Assembly (NCBI GenBank): GCA_964252035.1
Contig: OZ176204.1
Origin: Podarcis erhardii
Lineage: Eukaryota
DNA length: 64,000 nucleotides
Direction: 5' to 3' (one strand)
Positions 63,960 to 64,000 of this stretch are shown piece after piece. The notes beneath the pieces are model-generated. The model ran no database searches. It saw only the letters and a list, made by a program, of their open reading frames with translations, and had not been told where the DNA came from. Numbering within the stretch: position 1 is the first letter of the stretch; the number at the start of each line of letters is the position of its first letter. The position numbers and the translations under genes are program-made.

Positions 63960-64000
63960 ACGGGTGGTTGCTGAACAACTCCAAGCACGCCTGGAGGAAA
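63960..64000 (+). mobile_element. Start of another L2 RT fragment at the window edge
   Basis: GTGGTTGCTGAACAACTCCAAGCACGCCTGGAGGAA is similar to 32605-32640 of the L2. Confidence 0.6.

Noticed and set aside
1-64000. CRISPR array, rRNA or prokaryotic operon
   Set aside because: There are no regularly spaced direct repeats with unique spacers and no rRNA motifs; the content is vertebrate TE-rich DNA.

Overview
Eukaryotic, AT-rich, repeat-dense genomic DNA from a squamate reptile. The Sauria SINE variant and the co-occurring BovB, CR1, L2, L1 and Penelope set point to a lacertid lizard (inference). I could not confidently identify any host protein-coding gene. Every long ORF belongs to a retroelement: CR1 RT at 5.05-5.99 kb and 53.8-54.75 kb, L2 RT at 31.7-33.9 kb, L1 ORF2 pieces at 56.7-59.5 kb, and BovB 3' ends. 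The rest is SINEs, Tc1/mariner- and hAT-type MITEs, LTR-like elements, microsatellites and one 147-N gap. The most notable structures are: (1) a complete 1.72-kb non-coding L1 derivative with a CpG-rich 5' end, L1-type 3' end, poly(A) and a perfect 16-bp TSD; (2) a head-to-tail fusion of two different L1 subfamilies; (3) a 200-bp, 100%-identical dispersed duplication; (4) an L2 nested in a Penelope GIY-YIG ORF that can be rejoined in frame; (5) a speculative chain of tiny minus-strand exons (10-67 nt) that splice into one open frame. No CRISPR array, rRNA or bona fide tRNA gene is supported.
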